A stretch of DNA of 63,434 nucleotides, filler included, from Kipferlia bialata (Eukaryota): NCBI GenBank assembly GCA_003568945.1. It is 7 parts of 7 records of this genome, joined end to end, with 100 filler letters (N's around TTAATTAATTAA, not from the genome) between each part and the next. Parts side by side here need not be neighbours in the genome. Positions count along the whole stretch, not along the records: positions 50,551 to 56,684 come from BDIP01000915.1; positions 56,785 to 61,874 come from BDIP01000941.1; positions 61,975 to 63,434 come from BDIP01001040.1; 4 more parts are not named here. The stretch is one strand, 5' to 3'. The stretch's first letter is position 1. The number at the start of each line of letters is the position of its first letter. Under the pieces are notes generated by a model. That model made no database searches, was not told the DNA's origin, and worked only from the letters and a program-made list of their open reading frames with translations. This document shows positions 50,990 to 62,396 of this stretch, piece after piece. The position numbers and the translations under genes are program-made.

Positions 50990-52044
50990 CTGAGACAGAG
51001 AGGCTACTGTGCACAAGAGACTCGAGTCAGTTGAGCATATGCGTAATTTTTGGGTTGCCCCCCTTTTAGTTTTCTTTACTACTCAGAACAAGACAGTCGC
51101 TCGTTCCACCGTCTATGGTACTTAACCAGGGAGGGCGGCTAGTCACAGCCGTTTATATCATTCATATATCAAGTTGCTTTGCGTAGGAATCCGTATTTGG
51201 ACCCTTCTTTCCAGCAGAGACTGTCGCGCAGTGAGAAGCAAAGGTTTGACCCGTGAAGTCATATCCTCGGAGGCAGCGCAACTAGGCAGGATATGTGGAG
51301 TGCGTGGTTTCTAGCCACTGAGCAATGAAAGGTCTAGCTCCACGCTACAATATGTGAGAGTCCGATTTCGGCTAGTAGAGATAGCCTAGCACTGTCACTG
51401 TCAAGGAGCTTTCCGATTGAGGAGATGAGGTCTCTTCATCATGAAGTGGAGTAACACATACATCGTCCATGATAAGGAAGCCGAGCCAATAGGCCATTTT
51501 GCCTACAAGCAACACCCCATTCACACCTCAATATATGAATACATCTCAAGTATTATTCTTGGCTTGATAGCCGCCCATGACATCGATTCTCAGTCTCGTG
51601 TACGGTCGCCGGTGAGTGACTGGCGACCTGCTGTCCCATCATGTAAGAACATGATTCATGCTCTATGCAAGAGACTCTACGACGCCAACAGCTCTTCGAT
51701 AAGATTGTAATATACAACAAAAATGCATATATATACCATTTGAACACATGGACTGCCAGTTCCCTGAGCTATCGGTGGTATATCGAGTATAAGTCAGTCT
51801 ACTATTACAGGCAACGTCTACTAACACCTTGTGACTGAACGAAAAACAGAAATGCAAAATGAAGAGGTCTCTTATAGAGACCCTGTCCTACTGACGTAAC
51901 GTGAACAGTATTTCGGCTCTATTCCTATCAGAGATATACTGCAATGAGTATGATCAGATAGACTACTCTATTAGTTCCCATTGGTCAGCCAATACCATGC
52001 AAATTCAAGTGCTCCACAGAATGTAACACTATGTCAGTGGGGTC

Positions 52045-52941
52045 TCACTCCTTCTGCCCCAAGATGGCGTTAGGTGGAATGATGCCCCATCTCATGTCTG
52101 GGTGTGGGTACACCAGGCCAGGGTCTAGATAGTGCAGCTGATAGTGCTCACCTGGCCTGCCCGACCAGACTGCTAAGGAGGGGAAGAAGACACCGTCCTC
52201 ACACTCGAAAGTTGTACTGTCATACTGTGTGATCTCGCCAGATATGGTGTCTAATCCGTACCAGTCCCATTTGCCAGAGAAAGTAGTCGATAGAGTGACT
52301 ATCAGGAGGAAGTGGCCAACGGCCATAGTCTGGCATCTGTATACATGCCTTGGTAGTCTAGCCTCCTCAACCCACCCAGTTCTCTCGGAAAACGAGACTA
52401 TCCTACTGTCTCGAGTGAAAACATATGCACGGGAACCCAGACAACATGAAGGCGTACTAATATCGCTATCCACTGGGATCCTAAGTAACTTCCACTCCTC
52501 GTACCGTCTGTCCGGATCAAAGGTCCACATCTGCACACTATTCCCTGATGCACCTCTGAACCAAACTCGCATGAAACAGCGGTCCTCAAGTGCAAACACG
52601 TCCCGACGTATCAACTGATCCAAATCAAAGGGATGTAGCGTGTGTACTCGAGAGACTTCCATAGAGTCCAGCTCTAGCTTCAGAAGGACACGGTTACAAT
52701 CGCACGCGTACAACACGCCCCCTACTGTAAATGTAGAACGTGGTGCCTTGCAGAATAGGGCTGTGTGGTGCTCTATGACGTCAGATGCCCTCAGAGTCAG
52801 GGTGTGCATGTCTCCCGATACCACATCTAGGTAGGCCAGCGAGTTGGCACCAACCGTTGTGCCTTCGACTCGAGTAATTTCACACTCTGGTACAACTTGA
52901 GAGGTTGTGACATGTGCGCAGAACAGAGGGTTGTGTGGCAT
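52045..52941 (-). CDS. Intronless divergent Kelch-like beta-propeller protein
   Basis: 298-aa ORF with blade-like segments VGGVLYA, MWTFDPD...EEW, LGSRAYVF, VGHFLLIV and YGLDTISGE; ends LVYPHPDMRWG. Confidence 0.65.
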   Translation of the reverse strand: MPHNPLFCAHVTTSQVVPECEITRVEGTTVGANSLAYLDVVSGDMHTLTLRASDVIEHHTALFCKAPRSTFTVGGVLYACDCNRVLLKLELDSMEVSRVHTLHPFDLDQLIRRDVFALEDRCFMRVWFRGASGNSVQMWTFDPDRRYEEWKLLRIPVDSDISTPSCCLGSRAYVFTRDSRIVSFSERTGWVEEARLPRHVYRCQTMAVGHFLLIVTLSTTFSGKWDWYGLDTISGEITQYDSTTFECEDGVFFPSLAVWSGRPGEHYQLHYLDPGLVYPHPDMRWGIIPPNAILGQKE

Positions 52942-53556
52942 GTAACGTCCAATATAGCGACTTAACTTGTTTCTGAGAAGGAACAGTGGTGTGTCTTGTA
53001 TCTACTGCCACACACAATACGATATCACTCACGTGACGCCATCTTTCACCGAGTACGGTGACCCTCAGTCGTTTCAAAGCTTGGATCCACTGCTGTAAAG
53101 TACAATTGGGATAGGTTGGCATGGCTCTAGAGTGCTACACTGTAGATTCATCTGAATGTGACATAGGACTGAGTATACTGTTTTTATATTTGTTATGTCT
53201 CGCTGACTGTCAAACAACTCTGGCAACTGATAGTGTACAACAACAGACAGGCCAGCAAGAGAATTCCCAACTCCTCGACTAACGCGGAACGACATACAGC
53301 AACACTGTCGCCCCACCAACACAAAAGACACCACAACATAGCAACCGCCCTCTTCCCGACCCAAGTCCATAAGGGGAGGGGCTAATAAGTAGATACCGCC
53401 CTCTGACGGTAACGGGTCCGCCAACTATCGTTGAAGGACACCCCAAAAGCACACAAAGCTTGGTAATAATGATACAAAATCGTCACAACGCAGTGCAGAA
53501 ACGAGGGGTAGATACACCCCATCGCTATGCGCCACGGGACTCTGTGTGAATATAGT

Positions 53557-56520
53557 CTACAGCCACCTGTCCTGCTGTGACAGGACAGAGCAGCACCGGG
53601 GAGGGGGGGTGCCGCCTGGGGTGAGGGGATTGAGTATGAGAGAGAGTACATATATACTAGTATGTGTGTGAATACCTAGGCCTGTCCCCCCCACGAGGTC
53701 CTCTGTGAACTGGGACTCATCGAACACAGTGTCGCCATGACCAGAGTACACCTGGAAGGTCTGGGGTCAGAGGGGGTACTAATATACACATATTCATATG
53801 CAGTGTAAGACCCAGGTGTATTCACACACATAAACATAAGCATACATTGTACAGTAGCGTGTGTACCTCCTCGGGTGCCTTGGCCCCTGTGTCCCCCAGG
53901 AAGTCAGAGGGGTGGGGGTGGTCGGCTGAGGGTCAGAACAGAGAGTAGAGAACTTGTTTGGACATATCAAGTGTGGCACATAACTCTAAAAATGTAAATA
54001 TGTATAGTGACTATCGTGTACCTGTCTCGAGGTCCTGTAGGGCAGCTAGGCCATCCTCCACTGGATGTAAGAAAGGTGATAGTGAGGGGGGACAGTGATA
54101 TAAGACACAGAGTGAGAGTCACTCAGAGAGAGACATGGCTTCACTCACCCACGTCACCGTCAGGGAAGATGTCGGCGGCTCTCTGGCCAAGGGCAAGTCT
54201 AGGAGTAAGCAATAGGGTAGGGGGGGGGGGAGGGGGATAGAAACAGAGCATCCCAGTAGAGTGGTGACATAGTACATAATGACGCGTCTGTCGTTGCCCA
54301 CCTTGAGTCTGGTCTGTCGACGAGTATACTGGACACTGCCCTGACATCGAGGCCGTCCAGCCCCACCCCTCTCCCCCTCCCTGCCCCCTTTCTCTCTCTC
54401 TGCCCCATGGTCAGCATAGATACCCCGGCTATGGACAGACCGCAGATGGAGGCACGGCGGGCCCTGTCTCGGTTGGGGCCAGTGCCGATGGTGTTCTGGG
54501 GTCAGGCATAGGTAGATGGATATACAAATACAGGTGTACATATAGAGGTGAGACACATACAAGTGAATGCTGTGCTACACACATAAAACAGGTGTAGTTC
54601 TAATAGTCACTCAGATATACCACGCACCCTTCTGTTTAGTGCCGGTGTGGGGTGTGCCGTGACTGTCCTGGACACGGCAGGGCACTTGCCAACCTGCGTC
54701 ACACTGCCTAGGGGGTCAGACGGAGAGGGAGAGAGAGAGGTGTGTGAGAGAGAGAGAGTAGTAGGATTCACACTCCCAGAAGAATGAGGAGACGGAGAGG
54801 ACTGTTCAGTTACGAGTATGCTTGTATGTACATTTGTCTATGTGTCTTCCCTACCTGGGACAATGCCGTACATGGCCTTGGACTGGTTGGACATGGATGA
54901 GGATGGTCTGCGGGAGGGATCAGCATCAACGGCAGAGTGGTCTATCAGACGGCGGCTGGGGTGAGGGGGATGGCAGCATGAGAGAGAGAGAGAGGCAGGC
55001 CACGTACCGGCGAGTGTTGAGTGAGCGTGTGAGCCTGACACCCGTGTCGTGTCTATCTCCATGTCTGTGTCCATGTCTGGACCCTACCCTGCTGGAGGGC
55101 CGGTCGTGGCTGCTCTCCTGGGGGTAAGGGATAGTCGTATGTATATAAATCAATATATACTGACACTGATACTATATGAAGTTGATCGTGGCTGCTGTCC
55201 TAGGTATTAAGTACACATACGTGTATATATATACACTATATATATAGTGTACCTTAGTGATGTTGGCGCAGCACCGCAGCTCCCTCTCCACCTCCAGGTC
55301 CAGCTCTCGGTCCTTGTCCTGCTTGTCTCTCTCTCTCTCTCTCTCCCTGTCTCTCTCCCTCTCCTCCTCATCTACCACAATGCTGTCTCCAAACCCTGAC
55401 CCGATACTGCCAACCAGGCTGTCGCCGTCTCTCTCTCTCTCTCTCTCTGTCTCCATGACACTATCATCTGCATCGCCTAGGACTGACCCTAGCAGCACAG
55501 ACTGGAACCCACTCGAGTTCAGGGGGGCAACACCGCTAAAGGAGAACTGACTGGGGGTAGAGAGGGGAGAAGAGTATAATACGCAGTGTAGGGAATAAGG
55601 ATGCCTACCTGCAGTTGATGCTCTCTGTGATGCTCCCGTCCATGTCGCTCTCCCTGCCTCTCTCTCTCTCTCTCTGCTTGCCTCTTTCAAGGGAGGTCAG
55701 ACGCTGGAGTGAGGGTGTGTGGGAAGTATATGAGAACACATACTATACACACACATACATCTACTAGCATACCTGGCATATAGTGGACGCCGGCCTGACC
55801 ACGTGTGTCCTCTCCCTGTTGAATGACCCACTGTCAGCCATGCCGACTGCAGTGGAGGGAGAGTAGAAGGGTGAGGGAGGGGGCAGGGGGGACCCAGTAC
55901 CGGGGGGGAGGGGGGACGCAGGGGCGGCATCTGGGGGTGAGGTTGTGACACGTACTCATACCATATACATACATATATATATATACATATGTCACCATGC
56001 CCCTCACCCTCCAGCCCGTCCAGGCTCTGATGGCTGTGTGTGTTGGACCTGACTAGGAAGGGACTGGCCACAACAGTGCCCTCGCCCAGGCTCAGCTAGG
56101 ATGAGAAACATGCACTATACACTACTCTGAAGAGTATAGCCACTTACTTGTAGTACACTAAAAGAGTGTAACACACAGTACCTGGCTTGTCCTCCCCCCC
56201 TCAATACCAGAGGCATAGAGACCAGACTGGGCCTGGGGGTCTGCCTCATTGTCCCCCTCCCCTGCCCTCTCTCTCTTCCTGCCCAGTGCCATGGCCATCG
56301 AGATGTCACCCACACTCTGGGGGTCAGAGAGGGAGGGGAATACATACACACCCACCCATATATATACTCATTGACAGACACACAGAGAGAGAGAGTGTGT
56401 GAGAGTGTGAGGGTGTGGTACCTGTGAGCGTGGCAGTGACTGAGACATAGACCTCTGTGTGTCTGTCCCTCTGTGGTATGAGGAGGTGGAGCCCATGGCA
56501 GAGGCAGCGGCCTTGCCTGA
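53557..56520 (-). CDS. Hypothetical low-complexity (S/P/ER-rich) multi-exon protein, 5' partial
   Basis: A series of GT-AG exons, e.g. SVGDISMAMALGRKRER..., FSFSGVAPLNSSGFQ...ELRCCANITK and VYSGHGDTVFDESQFTEDLVGGT. No family was recognised. Confidence 0.5.
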
Positions 56521-56632
56521 CAGTTAGTCTCTTTCTCTCTCTCTCTCTCTATCTATGTATACATATATACACACACACACACATATATATATATACCCCA
56601 CCTGATATGGCTGTGTTCCACATCCTACTCTG

Positions 56633-56684
<52 letters not shown>

Positions 56685-57004
56685 NNNNNNNNNNNNNNNN
56701 NNNNNNNNNNNNNNNNNNNNNNNNNNNNTTAATTAATTAANNNNNNNNNNNNNNNNNNNNNNNNNNNNNNNNNNNNNNNNNNNNTGTACTCCATCCTGGC
56801 CCAGAGGGTAGTACTATCAGAGGCAGTGAGGTATATATACTGTATAGTATATTTAGTGTATCACTCTTACATACCAGGAACAACATCTCTGCCTTCACCG
56901 TATATCTTGTATGTATATACATATGTACTGTATAGTATGTTGAATCTAGGTTCAGTATATCTACTCACTATGACATGTGCTGTGCCCTTTACCTCACGTC
57001 TTAG

Positions 57005-57081
57005 GAACAACATCTCTGCCTTCACCGTGTATCTGGTGGACTCCCCTGCCCTGCCCAACGACCCACTAGACAGGTAAATCA

Positions 57082-57115
<34 letters not shown>

Positions 57116-58468
57116 ATATGTATTATACTAGAATCTACAGTATATTAATGTTTATATGTGTCTAGTGGACAGCCCTGCCCTGCCCAATGACCCCTTGATA
57201 GGTATATTGACTGCATATGTATTATCATATATTATCATATATTGTAATTTTATATATGTAGTATATATTGTTCTGTGTTGAGAGCAATAGTGTTTAGGAT
57301 GAACTGATGGTGCACGCTGTTTTGGGTTAGTGTATATACTTCCCTAGGCTCCACATTCTGTTTGGCCCTAGGAAGACATGGTGATATACATATATGAATA
57401 TATGTGCATATGTATTTACATTACAATTAGGGTTTCTGTTTGAACTGACATTATAACCATACTACATATGTGTACTAAGATTAGGCTCCACATTCTGTTT
57501 GGTCTTAGGAAGACCTGGGAGGCCCCCACCCTGTCCTGTCAGATGGGCCTGTGCTTTGCAGAAGGCGTGAGGTATATATAGTATATAGTATATAGTATAT
57601 AATATGTGTAGGGTATATATATATTGGGAGGCTCCCAACCTATCCTGTCAGATGGGCCTGTGCTTCGCAGAGGGAGTGAGGTATATATAGTATATAGTAT
57701 GGGAGTGAGGTATATATAGTGTATAGTATGTATATAGGGTATATATATATATGGAGGCCCCCACCCTGTCATGCCAGATGGGGCTGTGCTTCGCTGAAGG
57801 CGTGAGGTATGTACTGTATTGATATTAACGTTCTCTGAAGAGTGCCCCATACTCACTCCCTATCTCTCTCTCCCCTTATACACCCTTTCACTCTAGGTCA
57901 GAGACCCTTCTCCTCAAGATGTGCTATCTTCTCTCTCTCTCTCTCTCTCTACCCGTTAACAATCAGATCTGAGGCCCTTCTCCTCAAGATATCCCTTCTT
58001 CTCTCTCTCTCTCTCTCTCTCTACACCCTTTTACCCTCAGATCTGAGGCCCTCCTCCTCAAGATGTGCCGCAAGGTCGGGGAGACAGAGGCAGGAGTATC
58101 CATCCTGTGCTCAAGGTACACTCATATATATTAAATAGTATACAGTATATATACTGCTTGCATACTGTGTAGGTCGGGGAGAGTGAAGCAGGAGTATCCA
58201 TCCTCTGCTCGAGGTACACTCATATACATTTAGTAGTATATACAGTATGTATACTGTATGTATGTATACTCTATTGGTTGGGAGACTGAAGCAGGAGTAT
58301 CCATCCTGTGTTCTAGGTACGTAAGTAACATATTTTCATATTTACATATACATGTATTTGACGTATTTGGCTCTCTCTCTTTCCCTCCCTCTGCATCTCT
58401 GCCTTAACCTCAGGCCAGAGAAGTTCAGTGCCATATTCTCTGCCAAGAAGAAGGTTCGGCCCCAATAG
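57005..58468 (+). CDS. DCC1: Sister-chromatid cohesion protein Dcc1, C-terminal part, 5' partial
   Basis: Spliced VYLVDSPALPNDPLDR|LHILFGLRKTWEAPTLSCQMGLCFAEGVR|SEALLLKMCRKV...GVSILCSR|PEKF...* follows the Dcc1 C-terminal pattern LP.D...RF..LF..R.KW....I...I.......ALL.KY.R. Recognised from memory of the family, not by a search. Confidence 0.65.
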
Positions 58469-59222
58469 ATAAACAAGAACCACATATGCACCAAATTCTA
58501 TTGACACACGATGTTTCTCGCTCAAGAAGAAGGTCCGGCTACAATAGGTCAAGTAGATCGAGTAGACCACCTGAATAGAATACCCTATGGTCATTCATAG
58601 TTAATACACTAAGAATCATGGACAAATATTGTTGATTTTGTGGTTAGAAGGTCCAAATATATTCGATATGTAACATGACTCAAGCAGTTCCCTCACCTGT
58701 AACTCCTAGTCTACACAACTGTGACCTGGTTTGACGAAGACAGTGTAGGCCTATTCATTAGAGACTCTAATATAGAGTGCATAGACCAGGTTCCAACAAA
58801 CGTCTTCTGATTCTCCGATGCTCAATCAGAGATTGTGAAACGCTTGTCAATCATTAGCTCTCTCCTCTTGAGATCTTACTGATTCACTGAACATAGCAAG
58901 TCAGGTACACTCGTTCTTGATGTGTACTTACGCATAGGGTTGGATGGACTCGTCCTAACTGAGATAATATTGGTGTCCCCCCCCCACCCCCCGCACCCCC
59001 GCCCACACACACCCACCATGCATGAGTGTATCTTTTCTCCTTACTCTCTCTTCACCCCCCCCCCCTCTCACTCTCCTTGTCCACTGAGAGTTTGATGATA
59101 CTCTGTTGGTATCCTTGGCTCGGTCTGTTATGCATTTACTATTCTATAATTCTATTGTGCAGCAGATGATTCTATTCTATCTCTATATTTTGAAGCCCTA
59201 GTTCTGCTACTGACTTCCAGTA

Positions 59223-61147
59223 ATGAAAGAGACTATACTCCAAGAGGTTGTGGTGTTTGATGGCCCACCCGTGGAGGCGGAAGCCATTGCAGAAGTCGAT
59301 ACACCGGCTGAGCTTGGCGTAAATGGCCCTCTGCTACCCCTAGGCCGGGGGGAGGTATGTATAGAAACAGTAACAGTGCACTATATATATGTATATAGGT
59401 ATGTTGCTATCTGCTACCCCTAGTCAGGCCCTGACTCAGGGGGGGGGTATGTACAAATCAAAAGTAATAGTGCTCTATATATGTGAGTATATATATGCGT
59501 CTATAGCTAACTGCTACCCCTAGGCACGGGAGTGGTGTGTGTATACAACAAGACGAATATACATATGTAGAGAATATACTCTTGGTACTGTCTTGGAATT
59601 CAATCCTCCCATGGGACATCATATAGACTCCACCTATACCACTCCTCTTTTACATGACATATGTGTCTCCTTGCTGACACTCACACTCATACTCAAACCC
59701 ATACTCATACTCACTCTCTCTCTCTCTCTCTCTCATACGCACACTCGTACTCATACACATTCTCTCCCTAATATCACAGGCCGCCTGGGTTGGCTTTATA
59801 CACCACGACACGGTAGAGGGCTGGTTCCAACCCGTTGTCATCATGTACTCCATAACATCTGCAGGAGATGTCAGAGAGACACATGTTGATATGCCCGAGA
59901 CACTTAGAGAGGCCGTTGGGGGTGACATACTGGGGTGTGTGTGGGGAGAAGACATCTGGGTGTTAGGGACAGAGACTGGGAGCTACTACGAGAACCCTGT
60001 AGTGTATGTACTCAATACTACGTCCCTGGAATGGAGGAGGGTACCCATTAAGGGTGGGTTTGGTGACGTCAGAGGCCTGTACCATTCTAACAGAAGGGGC
60101 CACTTGTGGTATATAGAGGTAGGGGTGGACAAACCTCGTTCCACGGAGGAGACATACGTACTTGACCTGCGCACTGGTACACTGTGCTATCCTGGCTTCA
60201 CAAGTACCCTTTCTAGTGTACCAGGCACTTCTATCTACAGTTATGGAGAGGGGGGCTTCCCTGCTGCTAAGTACTGGACCTCCAACGAGTCACTCTACAA
60301 GGCGGATGAGAGTGGAGCGGTGGAGCTGGAGTCTATCTGTCCAGAGTGTTGCAGGTGTAGTAACGGTGTAGCTCTAGATAGGTGAGTGATATACAAATAT
60401 GTGCCTTCGATGGGTATCACATTGATACGGCTTATGTTGGACACAACACATTCTACTCCAATAATATACCAGCCAGATGTAACTCACGATACAGACATGT
60501 TGCCTTCCTTGGGTGCCACTCTATTGAATACTACTGCCTCGTGTCCGGAGACTGGGTGAATTGTCCCCGAGTAGACGGGGCACATGATCCAGACGATCTT
60601 GATACTGTGAACCATGTGTGCTTAGTAGATACCGACGCAGTCCTGGCACTCACATCCAATGGGGATACATACGTGGATGCTTGGCTGGTCAAGCTCAGAG
60701 TGCCAGGTGTGTATTGTGTACATATATACGTACGTACAAACATTTACAAGCACTTCCATATACCAGAACTTCTATACATATATTATTATATACATACGTA
60801 CGTGGATGCATGGCTGGTAAAGCTCAGAGTGCCAGGTGGGAAATACCATAATATTCATGGTATACAGCTAGATTAACAGGGAGATACGTGCATGTGCAGG
60901 TGTTCCACAAGTGTATACTTCTCTAATCTATATATGACGCATTGCTAGTCAATGTCAATGTATGTAGTCATTGACTACTAGTCAATTCAAACTTTGAATT
61001 TCAAAGTGACTTTGACTCGTTTTCAGAGTTAGAGCCCAATATATACACCAAATATATAATATATCAATTATAGACACTCATGTCCCTGTTCCAAATCCCC
61101 TGTGTCTCATGTCAGGTGGAGATGATCCCGAGTCAGCTGGCAGATGA
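59223..61147 (+). CDS. Divergent Kelch-like beta-propeller protein, 4 exons
   Basis: MKETILQEVVVFDG...GRGE|AAWVGF...WGEDIWVLG...VYVLNTTSLEWRRV...TYVLDLRTG...|CNSRYRHVAFLG...YCLVSGDW...LRVP|GGDDPESAGR*. Confidence 0.6.
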
Positions 61148-62396
61148 TTCAATCATATCTTTCAACCATCTGAGAAGATTGTGTACTTGGAACATTCTTC
61201 ACAAGGCGTTTCAAACGCCTGGCCTGGTCTGTTAAGGCATCGTGCAGCATGATGCCGGGAAGATGTGTAATATATAAATGTTCATTGTGTTTTCGATACT
61301 GTCTCAAGCCAGGGAATTCTATTGACAGTGTGTGATTATCGATGTTTTTTGAATTCTTGTTGCACCCCCAATAATCTGTTTTTGACACTATCCATGGACT
61401 TATCATTCTCATTCAACACCCAAACACTTCTCGTACAACTGCAGTGTCATCTGCCGTCCTCGGATATGAGTGTTCAGGTACTGTGTGTGACCTCTCGCGC
61501 AACTGTCGGATCAAATACTATTTCATAGATGAATTCATTAGATAAGTATTTATATCCATGTATGTTTAGCTCTTTGCACAGAGTCAATGTTTGACTCTCT
61601 CTCACACACACACACACACACACATTCCCTCTCTCTCTCTCCCTCCCCCTCCCTCTATCTCCCCCCTATCTCTCTCTCTTCCCCCCCCCCCTTCTCCCCC
61701 CTCTCTCTCTTTGTTCCATGTGTAGGAGTATCAATCTACCCTTGTTATATGTCTCCACTCTCTACAGATGCATGATACATATATTGTATACCCTCTCTCT
61801 CTTTCCTATTGGTGTCGCTGGCTCTTCAACTCCCCCCCCCCGTCTCCCCCCCCCCCCCCCCCCCCCCCCCACCCNNNNNNNNNNNNNNNNNNNNNNNNNN
61901 NNNNNNNNNNNNNNNNNNTTAATTAATTAANNNNNNNNNNNNNNNNNNNNNNNNNNNNNNNNNNNNNNNNNNNNCCAGACAGTCCCCCCCCCCCCCTCTC
62001 TCTCTCCCCCCCCCCCCCCCCGACATCAGTCCCTATACATATACATATACATACATATACTAATAAGAGTCATAGTGTATATTAGTGTTTACCCCGTCTG
62101 CCCACTCCTCCCCCTCCCCCACCCCCCTATTTTAGTTCCTCATATCTAGGTCAGCCGCAGAGCCTCTTCCCTTCCTGCTTCCAATCATGCACCAGGTACT
62201 AGCCACACCAGTTTAGTATCAGAATCAGTAGTGCTTTCATCTTCCACCCTCCTATTAGAGAGTGTTCAAGATGTCCAATCATGCACAAGGTACTGTCTCT
62301 AGTTGCACACGTACACAAGAAGAGGGTGTAATTCCCCAATTATTCTCATATTTATATTGTGTCTCTCTCCTTCCTTTCCCTCCATACCCACGTCAG

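Noticed and set aside
51044..51053. Sm-site-like AATTTTTGG suggesting an snRNA
   Set aside because: No U1/U2/U4/U5 conserved motifs nearby; it sits just upstream of a protein-coding start on the opposite strand.
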